A DNA stretch of 64,000 nucleotides from Escherichia phage SDYTW1-F1-2-2_3. Below, piece by piece: positions 17,397-26,760 of this stretch. The DNA lies in sequence record OR296290.1, one strand, 5' to 3'. A model generated the notes under the pieces. It was not told the DNA's origin. It ran no database searches and was given only the letters and a program-made list of their open reading frames with translations. Every line of letters begins with the position of its first letter. Position 1 is the stretch's first letter. Position numbers and translations under genes: made by a program.

Positions 17397-18155
17397 TTAA
17401 AGAGCGGTAAATCTGTCAGTGTGCTTTCTCACACTACGCAACTGTAAGCCGTTGTTTCGCTTTTCACTGAAGCGGTGATTTGCCTAGTGAGTACGCTCAT
17501 TATGGACCATGATGTTTTCGCTGTCAACCGCTTTTTTAATCTTTTTCGTCGTTCCCGCTATTGGGAGGATATATCAACCAGCTTTATTTGATTGAAGATT
17601 AAGCGGTGAGGCTTAACTCATGATTCACATTGTTAAAGAGCGTTTAGCCTTTTATAGTGTCTGCTAATCACTGCATCATTAAAGGCTTACTTATTCATTA
17701 ACGGGGCGCCTAAGCCCGAACTAATCGCCGCACTGTGTGCCACCTTTCCCGCGATACGTTGATTTGGGAACTAGTTAACGTTGTTTTGTTAACTTGTGGT
17801 TAGTATGAACTACCTTAACCACGTTTGCAACCTCTTTTTTATCATCTTCTTTTATTCTTTTCCCTTATCTCGCGTGAGTCTATGCGAAAGGGCAAGATGA
17901 TAAGTTTTTAAAGAGCGGGATGCTTTAAGTCATCGCTGACTATGCTCACTATATATCAGGCTATTTTCGGTGTCAATACTCTTTTTAAGAATATTTTCAC
18001 TTTCTAGCCTGATTTTTAAAGAGCGGGGCAATTTCTTGCCTTGTATGTTTTTCATCGTACCCGATGAATTGAAGTATACGCCAACCAGTGAGTAATGCAA
18101 TAGGGTAGGGCAAATTATTTTAAACTTTTTCACTATAGGAAGATAAAAGAGCGGG
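17397..18155 (+). repeat. five dispersed direct repeats of TTAAAGAGCGG(G) in a non-coding region
   Basis: Copies at about 17397, 17633, 17905, 18013 and 18144; inverted copy CCCGCTCTC at about 16608. Confidence 0.6.
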
Positions 18156-18254
18156 CGCACGTGATACATCAAAGGAAACGGCTTGTAAAGCGATATTTAG
18201 CGGCCTAAAACGCACTGTAGCGAGCTAAAAGGGAGTAAGGTATACAATCACCTT

Positions 18255-18284
18255 AGAAAAGAAAAAAGCCTCATAGTGAGGCTT
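18255..18284 (-). terminator. rho-independent terminator (minus strand)
   Basis: AGCCTCA-TAG-TGAGGCT hairpin; on minus strand followed by TTTTTTCTTTT. Confidence 0.6.
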
Positions 18285-18360
18285 ATAGGAAGGATTTAAA
18301 GCATCAGATAGATTATGACCATAGGCATGACCACGGCACAATAAAGGAGAAAGATTAAGC

Positions 18361-18726
18361 CTATGGATTTATACACTGACCGTTACCGGATTCCATTTCA
18401 TTCATAGACTCATCAAAGAGCGTCAACGATGAGCGCATCAAGTGATCAACCGTAATTTGTTTGCCAGTGGTTTCATTTACCAGTTGAATAGTTTTATCAT
18501 ATGATTGTACATGTTCGAAATCATTTACATGTAAAATAATAACCTTCGGTGACTTTTTACCAGTATCATAGTTTTCTACAATATAGGTGCACTGTAAACC
18601 GTCAACCGTAGCAGGGGAAAACGTTGCAGCCTTAACGCTACCCATAGCCGACAGCAGGACACCTAACAGGAGAACAACCAGAAAGAAGCCTACAAATACT
18701 TTCACTACGAATTTAATAATACCCAT
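18361..18726 (-). CDS. membrane/secreted protein (signal-anchor)
   Basis: Track start is TTG; ATG at 18724-18726 with AAAGGT SD; hydrophobic FVVKVFVGFFLVVLLLGVLL N-terminus. Confidence 0.45.
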   Translation of the reverse strand: MGIIKFVVKVFVGFFLVVLLLGVLLSAMGSVKAATFSPATVDGLQCTYIVENYDTGKKSPKVIILHVNDFEHVQSYDKTIQLVNETTGKQITVDHLMRSSLTLFDESMNEMESGNGQCINP

Positions 18727-18828
18727 GATAATCAACCTTTAGTTAGAGAACGTAAGAATAAAGCATATCAGCGACGAATAACGCCACTGTAACAACGAAT
18801 AAGCACCGCCAAAAACAATCATGAATCA

Positions 18829-19095
18829 TTAGTTGCCTTTACCTTTAAATAACGCTACTCTAAGCAGTTCGATCTCTTCCAGTGAAAGAAGAATCCGACG
18901 TTGCGCCAAATACTGACCAGCTAGAAGTGAATCCATGATGAGAGCAACAGCGGGAAAACTCACCGTTTTAATATTATCGCCGACAATAAACAAGATTAAA
19001 CACTTGTCAGAGTCATCCGTATATGAGAAATCGATCTCACCGTAATTGTGGGTTGGGATAGTAAAGCTGTATTCTTTATTCATTTTTGTCACCAC
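18829..19095 (-). CDS. hypothetical protein
   Basis: 88-aa track ORF. Confidence 0.4.
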   Translation of the reverse strand: MVTKMNKEYSFTIPTHNYGEIDFSYTDDSDKCLILFIVGDNIKTVSFPAVALIMDSLLAGQYLAQRRILLSLEEIELLRVALFKGKGN

Positions 19096-19340
19096 TTAGG
19101 CAAATCACAATCAAGAAGACCAGCAAGCGACAAATCACCGTCAATGTAGATCGACTTGAAATCATCACGGGTAATTTCAAAATTAGCAAAGGCTAACCAA
19201 TCCTTAAGAGGCTGAAATTCCATCCTGCAAAAAGTGATAACAGGCAAGATTATCTGACCGTCAAGTGTATTAAACATGATAGAGCTTCCACCAACAAAAC
19301 AAGAAAAACCGTTAGATAATTTAACTTCTTTAATAGCCAT
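19089..19340 (-). CDS. hypothetical protein
   Basis: 83-aa track ORF. Confidence 0.4.
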   Translation of the reverse strand: MAIKEVKLSNGFSCFVGGSSIMFNTLDGQIILPVITFCRMEFQPLKDWLAFANFEITRDDFKSIYIDGDLSLAGLLDCDLPKW

Positions 19341-19366
19341 TTTTTACACTCCCAAAAATAGATTAT

Positions 19367-19858
19367 TTACTTACTGGCCTTGATGCAGTTGGCTAGATTA
19401 ACGTGAACTGTATAAACAGCATTATCAGTGTTATTGTAAACCGTGGTGGCAAGTATTGATTCATTCATCGGGCCATAACTGACCAGATTCGTGACAGCTT
19501 TCGCATGGCTGTAACGTTGTACAGTGCCATACGTCACCATATCCGCATCATTATCAGTGCGCTTAAGTACCAGATCATTGTTAGGCTGATTGTCCAGTGT
19601 TTTGGTACTAACGACCAGACCATTACGAGAAACGTTACTAAATTTAACTTTTAAAACTACTTGATTAGTGTCACTATCCGCACCATTGCAAATCATCCAA
19701 CCCTTACTAACAGAATTAGCGAAGACACTAGCGGCATCAGTTGCAGGGGCAGGACTAGCAACAGCCTTATCAGAAAGAGATGTGACCAGTGCACTAACAC
19801 CGATAGCTGCAACCAGTGCATAGCTTGCCAGATTTACTACCTGCATTACCTTAGCCAT
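19367..19858 (-). CDS. secreted protein with Sec-type signal peptide (first gene of leftward block)
   Basis: MAKVMQVVNLASYALVAAIGVSALVTSLSDKAVA then mature domain; GAGGGT SD. Confidence 0.5.
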   Translation of the reverse strand: MAKVMQVVNLASYALVAAIGVSALVTSLSDKAVASPAPATDAASVFANSVSKGWMICNGADSDTNQVVLKVKFSNVSRNGLVVSTKTLDNQPNNDLVLKRTDNDADMVTYGTVQRYSHAKAVTNLVSYGPMNESILATTVYNNTDNAVYTVHVNLANCIKASK

Positions 19859-20163
19859 TTGTTAACCCTCGTTAATATGTATTTAGTTTTTATGTTTCAC
19901 AAGATAGCACATATTTCTACTTCATACGTAGGGTCATTGCTCAGTTGACCACTTCACTGACTCGATAGTGTCCCAGCTTTCACCAGTCAATCGCAGAGTC
20001 CTTATCTTTAAACATTCTCCACTACTTAGGACGATTATCCTTCATGGAGCTTACTACCATCTAGCTACTTTGCATCACTGCTTCGCTTCGATGAATACAA
20101 TTTACTACTTCTTAATAAAGAAAGCAAGTCCTACGGGTAAAATATTTCTACTATCTCTATAGG

Positions 20164-20570
20164 ACGGGGAACATACAACCGCAGAACAGACCACGGGGAA
20201 ACATAGCAAGATAGTGCGGTAATAATATACCACTTAAATAATTGTATAACTCAAACATCAAAGACCATTCGCTACGCTCATGCACGCTGAAAAAGAAAGT
20301 AATAAAAGAAATAATAACATACATCAATCATTATCCACTTAATTAATACATACATCATTATTGCACTCATAATCATCACTATTGAAACTATTTACATTCA
20401 AACTATGGGGAACGTGGGCTATTACTTATGGGTATTATATCGCCTTAAACTATTGGTACAGTGAGGGACTAGCCTTTCTCTCACTCAGTAAAGGGGAACT
20501 AAATAAACGGGTAGGTAATGAATAGGATGGTATACACGGGGAAAGAATAACGGGGAGTAGGCACGGGGAA
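20164..20570 (+). repeat. ACGGGGAA-type G-rich repeats flanking an AT-rich core with a DnaA-box-like TTATCCACT
   Basis: Copies at about 20164, 20193, 20406, 20492, 20536, 20550 and 20563; TTATCCACT at about 20331. Confidence 0.55.
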
Positions 20571-20765
20571 AGGTTGGAACGTTGATAGGGATGTAAAGGC
20601 ATTGCCAATAACCATTTTTTATTTGAGGACTCCCCCTTTTTAACAATTCGCCGCGGGGTGCCTAGCCCCACTCGGTCAAATCAGAATTTTAAACAGATAT
20701 ATACATCTTTATTTTTTATAAATCTGTATTTTAAACTCTTATATATAAGGTTAAGAGAGAACTTA

Positions 20766-20927
20766 ATGAATCTAATTAAAGTATTTAGACGGATGAAGTG
20801 TAAGCACAATTACTATCTTCTTCGTAAAGCTTACGGGGATGAAAGAATACATGGTCTCTACCTATCAACATGGAAGTGTAAGGAATGTGGTAAGTTGAGA
20901 TTCAGTACATGGGTGGATAGGCCTTAA
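20766..20927 (+). CDS. small zinc-ribbon-like protein
   Basis: Track ORF trimmed to ATG 20766; MKCKH...WKCKECGK Cys pairs. Confidence 0.35.
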   Translation: MNLIKVFRRMKCKHNYYLLRKAYGDERIHGLYLSTWKCKECGKLRFSTWVDRP

Positions 20928-20936
20928 CGTGACATG

Positions 20937-21020
20937 GCCTTTATGACATGAGGGTGCCTTTATGAAGTCCCCTTTACATCAGAGATTATGGGTAGGCCTT
21001 TAGATGATAGTGCCTTTATG
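20937..21020 (+). repeat. four direct repeats of GCCTTTATG upstream of the structural genes
   Basis: Copies at about 20937, 20956, 20996 (variant GCCTTTAGATG) and 21012. Confidence 0.5.
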
Positions 21021-21055
21021 GGTAAAACCCCTCCCTTTTCAGAGGAGATATAAAA

Positions 21056-21328
21056 ATGATTCTAGACTTTTTATCAGAGTTGATTCCTTACTTCCGCACT
21101 GAAAAATGTGCATTTAAAGTTGAAGAAGTTGGGGGCACTGAAGTAATAACTTGTTTGGGTAGATTAGTAGACCTAGACGATGATGAAGATTTTGATGTTA
21201 CAATAGACCTGAGTTCATTGGGCTGGTTGTACATGAGATGCTTTGTAACCTACAAGGCTGAGACTTATAAAGACTATCGTTATAGTGATAACACTGACAC
21301 TGACACTGAAGGAGAGAATGATGAATAA
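21056..21328 (+). CDS. acidic hypothetical protein
   Basis: 90 aa, Asp/Glu-rich C-terminus; ATG with GGAG SD. Confidence 0.45.
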   Translation: MILDFLSELIPYFRTEKCAFKVEEVGGTEVITCLGRLVDLDDDEDFDVTIDLSSLGWLYMRCFVTYKAETYKDYRYSDNTDTDTEGENDE

Positions 21329-21977
21329 CAATATGACAGGAACTAATACACTGAATGCAATCTATGAGAACATGGGATGTAAAGGCGAGGTTGTTTTCAA
21401 TGGTGGTCCTCTCCGTCCTTTATCAGAGGACATTCTCTATCTGAACCGTGTTCATGAAACTACTGGAGGTAAGTCCCAAGTTGAGATGGTAAAACAACTG
21501 GCTCATGGTTCTGTGTATGGTTATGCTCCTCCAACCCGTGAAATATGGGAAGGTTTGATTCCTCGTACAGAAGCTAAAGATGTGAAAGACTATTTCACTG
21601 TAGCAAAGGAAGTTAAACGTAAGTGTCCTTCCAATCTAGAAGTTGTTCCGTATGTATCTACTAAACATGATCATCTCCCTGACTATGCTCGTGCAATGAT
21701 TGAGATGATTGAAGAAGCTGAATATGAAATGCTCCATGATTACATTACCTCCAAAGACGAATGGCATCGTGATGTTCGAATCGAAGAGGATGGTACGGAA
21801 ACAATTACGTGGATTCACAAGAGTGAGTTAGTAGACGACGCACTGCGAGACTACGAAAAATTTTTGGTCGACGGCTCTATTCTTTTAGAGGAAGAGAAGG
21901 GTGTAGAACTTCCGTGGGAGGGTGAGATAGTTACTTTAGGTAAGATGTTTAACCTGTCCGTTGGTGATTGTAAGTAA
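21318..21977 (+). CDS. hypothetical protein
   Basis: Start at tandem ATGs 21318/21321 overlapping upstream stop. Confidence 0.45.
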   Translation: MMNNNMTGTNTLNAIYENMGCKGEVVFNGGPLRPLSEDILYLNRVHETTGGKSQVEMVKQLAHGSVYGYAPPTREIWEGLIPRTEAKDVKDYFTVAKEVKRKCPSNLEVVPYVSTKHDHLPDYARAMIEMIEEAEYEMLHDYITSKDEWHRDVRIEEDGTETITWIHKSELVDDALRDYEKFLVDGSILLEEEKGVELPWEGEIVTLGKMFNLSVGDCK

Positions 21978-22033
21978 TGTTTGCCTCCCTTGGGAGGCTT
22001 TTTGTGTTGTTGATAATGTAGAAGGAGTATAAA

Positions 22034-22507
22034 ATGTTTGGAGAAAACGGAGAACTCACACCTGCACAGGTAGCTGAGATTACAGGAAGATTACCCGGAG
22101 TAACGGAAGAACTTGAAGGCCGTGGTATGAACCCAAGCAATGGGAAGTTTCAAAAGGGAAATAAATTCGGACGACCCAGAGGTAGTAGAGGTAAACTGAC
22201 ACAATTAATGTTGGACCGTGTTGCTGCAAGTCATTTGTCTCCTGATGAAGTGTTAATTCAAATTTACGAAGATCCTAATATTCCACCTGATCTTAGATTC
22301 AAGGCTGCATCAAAAGTTGCAGATCTGGTATATCCTAAGGCGGCCTCTGTTGAAGTTAAGATTGAGGAAGAGAATGTAATTAACGAAGAATCATTGAATG
22401 CACAAATCAAGGACTTCTTGACTGGAGCACTTGGTATCGATGTTATGCCTCCAGAAGAAGACAACTCTGAGGACGCTGAAAAGGGGGAGGAAGCGGACGA
22501 GAGTTAA
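22034..22507 (+). CDS. terminase small subunit (putative)
   Basis: 157 aa directly upstream of large terminase; basic GNKFGRPRGSRG DNA-binding-like segment; acidic C-terminus. Confidence 0.4.
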   Translation: MFGENGELTPAQVAEITGRLPGVTEELEGRGMNPSNGKFQKGNKFGRPRGSRGKLTQLMLDRVAASHLSPDEVLIQIYEDPNIPPDLRFKAASKVADLVYPKAASVEVKIEEENVINEESLNAQIKDFLTGALGIDVMPPEEDNSEDAEKGEEADES

Positions 22508-22629
22508 TTAAAGGAAACAGGGAGCTGTCGAAGATCATCTGATTAACAATCTAAGGGTTGTTATAGTTTTATTGCCACGATGTTCTTTTACAGTGTACCC
22601 TTGTAGTGGAGAGGGGAGGTTCTTTGACG

Positions 22630-22654
22630 AAGGGACTTTCCCTTTTCTATTTTT
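22630..22654 (+). terminator. hairpin plus U-tract upstream of large terminase (possible attenuator)
   Basis: AAGGGA-CTT-TCCCTT followed by TTCTATTTTT, 15 nt before TerL ATG. Confidence 0.3.
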
Positions 22655-22668
22655 AAACTGGAGGAAGT

Positions 22669-24210
22669 ATGTCATTAGATAAACAAATTTATGAAGCTCT
22701 AACTGGTAACAATCTTAGTGTAGAGGAAAAGAAAGCACTATTGAATATGTTGAAAGAGCGTGACCAATGGAGGAAGTATAATAGGATTTTGTCTTTCAAG
22801 GCGTATGACTTCCAAAAGAAATTTTATGCAGCAGGATTGAAGCATCGCTTTAGATTCTTGTGTGCAGCGAACCGTGTTGGTAAATCTTATAGCGAGGCAT
22901 ACGAGTTTGCTTGTCATGTCACAGGTCGCTACCCAACTTGGTGGACAGGATATAAATTTAAAAGACCTATCTTAGCATGGGCAGTTGGTATTACAGGGGA
23001 TTCCACAAGGAAAGTATTGCAAAAGGAATTGTTTGGTACACCTATCGGAAAGGATACAAACTTATTAGGGACAGGTGTCATTCCTCGTGATGCTATCGTC
23101 ATTGATACGATAGAACGAGATGGTAACAAACTTCAAATCGTACAAATCAAACATCAAAATGAGAGAGGAGAGTTTGACGGTTTAAGTACATTAGAATTCC
23201 GTTCAACCCAACAGGGTGAACACACATTGATGGGTGCAACAGTTGACTACATTTGGTTAGACGAAGAAGACCCATACGAGTCTATGGCTATATTCGCACA
23301 GTGCGTCACACGTACACTCACAACTAAAGGTCTAGTTACAATTACAGCTACACCAGAGAACGGTTTAACTGAACTGGTAGATAAATTTATGAAAGGTGAA
23401 GGGGATGAGAACACAGGTTCTCTATATTTCCAGAATGCTTCTTGGTGGGATGCTCATGCAGACCTAGGTGGACACATCACTGACCAAGATATAAAAGATA
23501 TGACTGAAGGTATTCCAGCGTGGCAGTTAGAGATGCGTTCAAAAGGTATGCCATTGTTAGGAAGTGGTTTGATTTATGATGTATCGGATGACACAATTAA
23601 ATGTGAACCATTCGAAATTCCTGATACGTGGAAACGTGTCTGTGCAATTGATATTGGTATTGATCACCCAACTGCTGCTGTTTGGACAGCTTACGACGCA
23701 AACACGGATACTATCTATGTTTACGACTCATATAAAGAAGGTGGCTTTACTCCAGTGTATCATGCTCCAGCTATTAATGGTCGTGGTCAGTGGATTCCTG
23801 TCATCCTACCGCATGATGCGGACAATACTGAGAAAGGTAGTGGCTCATCTGTTGCTCAATTCTATAAGAATGCAGGAGTTAACGTACAGAGTGAGACCTT
23901 CTACAACAAAATTGGAATGGATGGTAAAAAGAACTTCTTTGTAGAACCGGGAATCACAGATATCCGAGAAAGAATGATGAGTGGACGCTTTAAAGTCTTT
24001 AACACAGCCGCTAACGCTAAGCTATTCGAAGAGAAAGCTAGATATCACCGTAAGGTTGGTAAGATTATTAAAGAACATGATGACTTAATGGATGCAATGC
24101 GCTATTCAGCTTGCTCTGTTACACATCGTGGTCGCTCTAAGCATGATGTTAGCTACGGAAGCGCTTCTTTGTATGAGGCAAACGTAAGCAGATGGAATCA
24201 GAGCTACTAA
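22669..24210 (+). CDS. terminase large subunit
   Basis: 513 aa; Walker-A-like AANRVGKSY; size and position before portal; strong GGAGGAAG SD. Confidence 0.8.
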   Translation: MSLDKQIYEALTGNNLSVEEKKALLNMLKERDQWRKYNRILSFKAYDFQKKFYAAGLKHRFRFLCAANRVGKSYSEAYEFACHVTGRYPTWWTGYKFKRPILAWAVGITGDSTRKVLQKELFGTPIGKDTNLLGTGVIPRDAIVIDTIERDGNKLQIVQIKHQNERGEFDGLSTLEFRSTQQGEHTLMGATVDYIWLDEEDPYESMAIFAQCVTRTLTTKGLVTITATPENGLTELVDKFMKGEGDENTGSLYFQNASWWDAHADLGGHITDQDIKDMTEGIPAWQLEMRSKGMPLLGSGLIYDVSDDTIKCEPFEIPDTWKRVCAIDIGIDHPTAAVWTAYDANTDTIYVYDSYKEGGFTPVYHAPAINGRGQWIPVILPHDADNTEKGSGSSVAQFYKNAGVNVQSETFYNKIGMDGKKNFFVEPGITDIRERMMSGRFKVFNTAANAKLFEEKARYHRKVGKIIKEHDDLMDAMRYSACSVTHRGRSKHDVSYGSASLYEANVSRWNQSY

Positions 24211-24270
24211 AGTAAGGGGAGGTTTGTCCTCCCTTCTTTTATTTAAGCTATCAACCGAGGGAGAGAATAG

Positions 24271-26514
24271 ATGGCTAAGCAAAAATATAGTGAAGAGGTG
24301 TTGGACGAGTTACGTGTTGACCTTCAACGTCGTTTTAATTACGCTCAAGGCTACGTAGACACAGCTGTTAAGGGCTATGCTCGTGAAGCTTGGGAATATT
24401 TCTATGGTAACTTACCTGCACCAGTAACTGCTGGCAGCTCTAGTTGGGTAGATCGTACTGTTTGGGAATCTGTTAATGGTACACTGCAAGATATTATTAA
24501 CGTATTCTGTTCTGGTGATGAAGCAGTTACTTTCGTAGCTGATAACCAACAGGATTCTGATGCTGCTGATGTAGCAACTAAGTTAGTTAACCAAATTCTT
24601 CTGCGTGATAATCCGGGATATAACATTATCTCTTCTGCTGCACAAGAATGTCTGGTTACTCGTAACTCTTTTATCAAATATTATTGGGATGAGCACACTT
24701 CTACTCAAACTGAAGAAGCTGAAGGTGTACCACCGGAAGCATTGGCTGCATATGTTCAGGGATTAGAAGCTGGTGGACTTAAGAATCTGGAAATCTTCAC
24801 TGAAGAAAATGAAGATGGTACAGTAGATGTTAAAGTTACTTACGAACAAACTGTTAAACGTGTGAAAGTTGAATATGTTCCTTCAGAGCAAATCTTTGTT
24901 GATGAACATGCTACCTCTTTTGCAGATGCACAATACTTTTGTCATCGTGTACGTCGCTCTAAAGAAGATCTGGTTGCTATGGGCTTCCCTAAAGATGAGA
25001 TTGAAGCATTCAACGACTGGACAGACACGATGGACACCACTCAATCTACAGTTGCTTGGTCTCGTACTGACTGGCGTCAGGACATTGATGCTGACATTGG
25101 TACAGATACTGAAGATATCGCTACTATGGTTTGGGTTTATGAGCACTATATTCGTACTGGTGTTCTAGATAAGAATAAAGAGTCTAAACTCTATCAGGTT
25201 ATTCAAGCTGGTGAGCATATCCTTCACACTGAAGAAGTAACTCACATTCCATTTGTAACCTTCTGTCCGTATCCGATTCCGGGTTCCTTCTATGGTCAAT
25301 CAGTCTATGACATTACGAAAGATATTCAGGATTTACGTACCGCGCTAGTTCGTGGTTATATTGATAACGTCAACAATGCTAACTATGGTCGATACAAAGC
25401 TCTTGTTGGTGCATACGATCGTCGCTCTCTGCTTGATAACCGTCCCGGTGGAGTGGTTGAAATGGAACGTCAGGACGCTATTGACCTGTTCCCATACCAT
25501 AACCTACCTCAAGGTATTGACGGCCTCCTAGGTATGTCTGAGGAGCTTAAAGAGACACGTACCGGTGTAACTAAACTTGGTATGGGTATCAACCCTGATG
25601 TGTTTAAGAATGATAACGCTTATGCAACCGTAGGCTTGATGATGAATGCTGCACAGAACCGTCTCCGTATGGTATGTCGTAACATTGCTCACAACGGTAT
25701 GGTTGAATTGATGCGTGGTATTTACAGCCTTATCAGAGAAAACGGTGAAGTTCCTATTGAGGTACAAACCCCTCGTGGTATGGTTCAGGTTAATCCGAAA
25801 CAATTACCAGCTCGTCATAATCTTCAAGTTGTTGTAGCTATCTCTCCTAATGAGAAAGCAGAACGTGCACAGAAACTGATTAGCTTGAAACAGCTGATTG
25901 CAGCAGATGCACAATTAGCACCTCTCTTTGGTTTGGAGCAAGACCGCTACATGACTGCACAGATCTTTGAGTTGATGGGTATTAAGGACACTCATAAATA
26001 CTTACTGCCTCTGGAACAGTATCAGCCTCCTGAGCCGTCTCCGATGGAAATCCTCCAGCTCGAGATGACTAAAGCACAGGTTGAGAACGTACAGGCTTCT
26101 TCTCAGAAGATGATTGCTGATGCATTCGACCAGCGTGAACGTACTACATTCGAACAGCAGAAAGCTGCGGATGAATTAAGTCTGCGTCAGGAAGAGTTGC
26201 AGTTCAAGCAAGAAAATGCAGCAGATGCTATGACTCTGGAAAACCGTAAAGAAGATAACAATGCAACTCTGGAACAAGCTAAGCACAAGTTAGCTCTTAT
26301 GCAACAGCAGGTCCGTCAGTATGAGTCTGTACTGAAAGAATTGCAGATGGTTATGGAACATCAGGTTGACCAAGAGAAGATTGTTCAGCAAACTCGTGTT
26401 CAGGATAAAACTTTGGAACTCCAGAAGAAAGAAGCAAATGTAACTAAGAAAGAGCAACAAGCTTCTCTCAAAGATTCACGGATTCCAGGCAAACGTCTTG
26501 GAAGTAAAAAGTAA
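24271..26514 (+). CDS. portal protein
   Basis: 747 aa immediately after terminase; long C-terminal coiled-coil. Confidence 0.75.
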   Translation: MAKQKYSEEVLDELRVDLQRRFNYAQGYVDTAVKGYAREAWEYFYGNLPAPVTAGSSSWVDRTVWESVNGTLQDIINVFCSGDEAVTFVADNQQDSDAADVATKLVNQILLRDNPGYNIISSAAQECLVTRNSFIKYYWDEHTSTQTEEAEGVPPEALAAYVQGLEAGGLKNLEIFTEENEDGTVDVKVTYEQTVKRVKVEYVPSEQIFVDEHATSFADAQYFCHRVRRSKEDLVAMGFPKDEIEAFNDWTDTMDTTQSTVAWSRTDWRQDIDADIGTDTEDIATMVWVYEHYIRTGVLDKNKESKLYQVIQAGEHILHTEEVTHIPFVTFCPYPIPGSFYGQSVYDITKDIQDLRTALVRGYIDNVNNANYGRYKALVGAYDRRSLLDNRPGGVVEMERQDAIDLFPYHNLPQGIDGLLGMSEELKETRTGVTKLGMGINPDVFKNDNAYATVGLMMNAAQNRLRMVCRNIAHNGMVELMRGIYSLIRENGEVPIEVQTPRGMVQVNPKQLPARHNLQVVVAISPNEKAERAQKLISLKQLIAADAQLAPLFGLEQDRYMTAQIFELMGIKDTHKYLLPLEQYQPPEPSPMEILQLEMTKAQVENVQASSQKMIADAFDQRERTTFEQQKAADELSLRQEELQFKQENAADAMTLENRKEDNNATLEQAKHKLALMQQQVRQYESVLKELQMVMEHQVDQEKIVQQTRVQDKTLELQKKEANVTKKEQQASLKDSRIPGKRLGSKK

Positions 26515-26523
26515 GGACGTCGA

Positions 26524-26760
26524 ATGAACATTAGGCATCAATTCAATAAAGAGCACGCCGCCGCTTTGGCGGCTCTCAATCTTAACGGCAGTCTTGACGC
26601 AGCATTAGAGGCATTGAAAGAAAGACTCATGACAGAGATAGTTCAAACTGAACCTCATGAGAATAAGAAACGCGAAGATTGTTATCAAAAGTATAAAATG
26701 GTGGGTAGCTTAAAAGAGGTCATAAAAGCTGCTATCAATAGTGCAGGAGATGTTTCATAA
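26524..26760 (+). CDS. hypothetical protein
   Basis: 78-aa ORF between portal and scaffold. Confidence 0.4.
   Translation: MNIRHQFNKEHAAALAALNLNGSLDAALEALKERLMTEIVQTEPHENKKREDCYQKYKMVGSLKEVIKAAINSAGDVS

Noticed and set aside
16576-18360. Possible CRISPR array, given the repeated motif
   Set aside because: Repeats are only 11-16 nt, irregularly spaced (about 100-270 bp) and not flanked by uniform spacers or cas genes.
20680-20765. TAATGTATA-like sequence on the minus strand near 20693-20703 (plus strand ATATATACATC) as a leftward promoter
   Set aside because: Only a partial match (GATGTATATAT) and about 830 nt from the nearest leftward gene; listed as uncertain.
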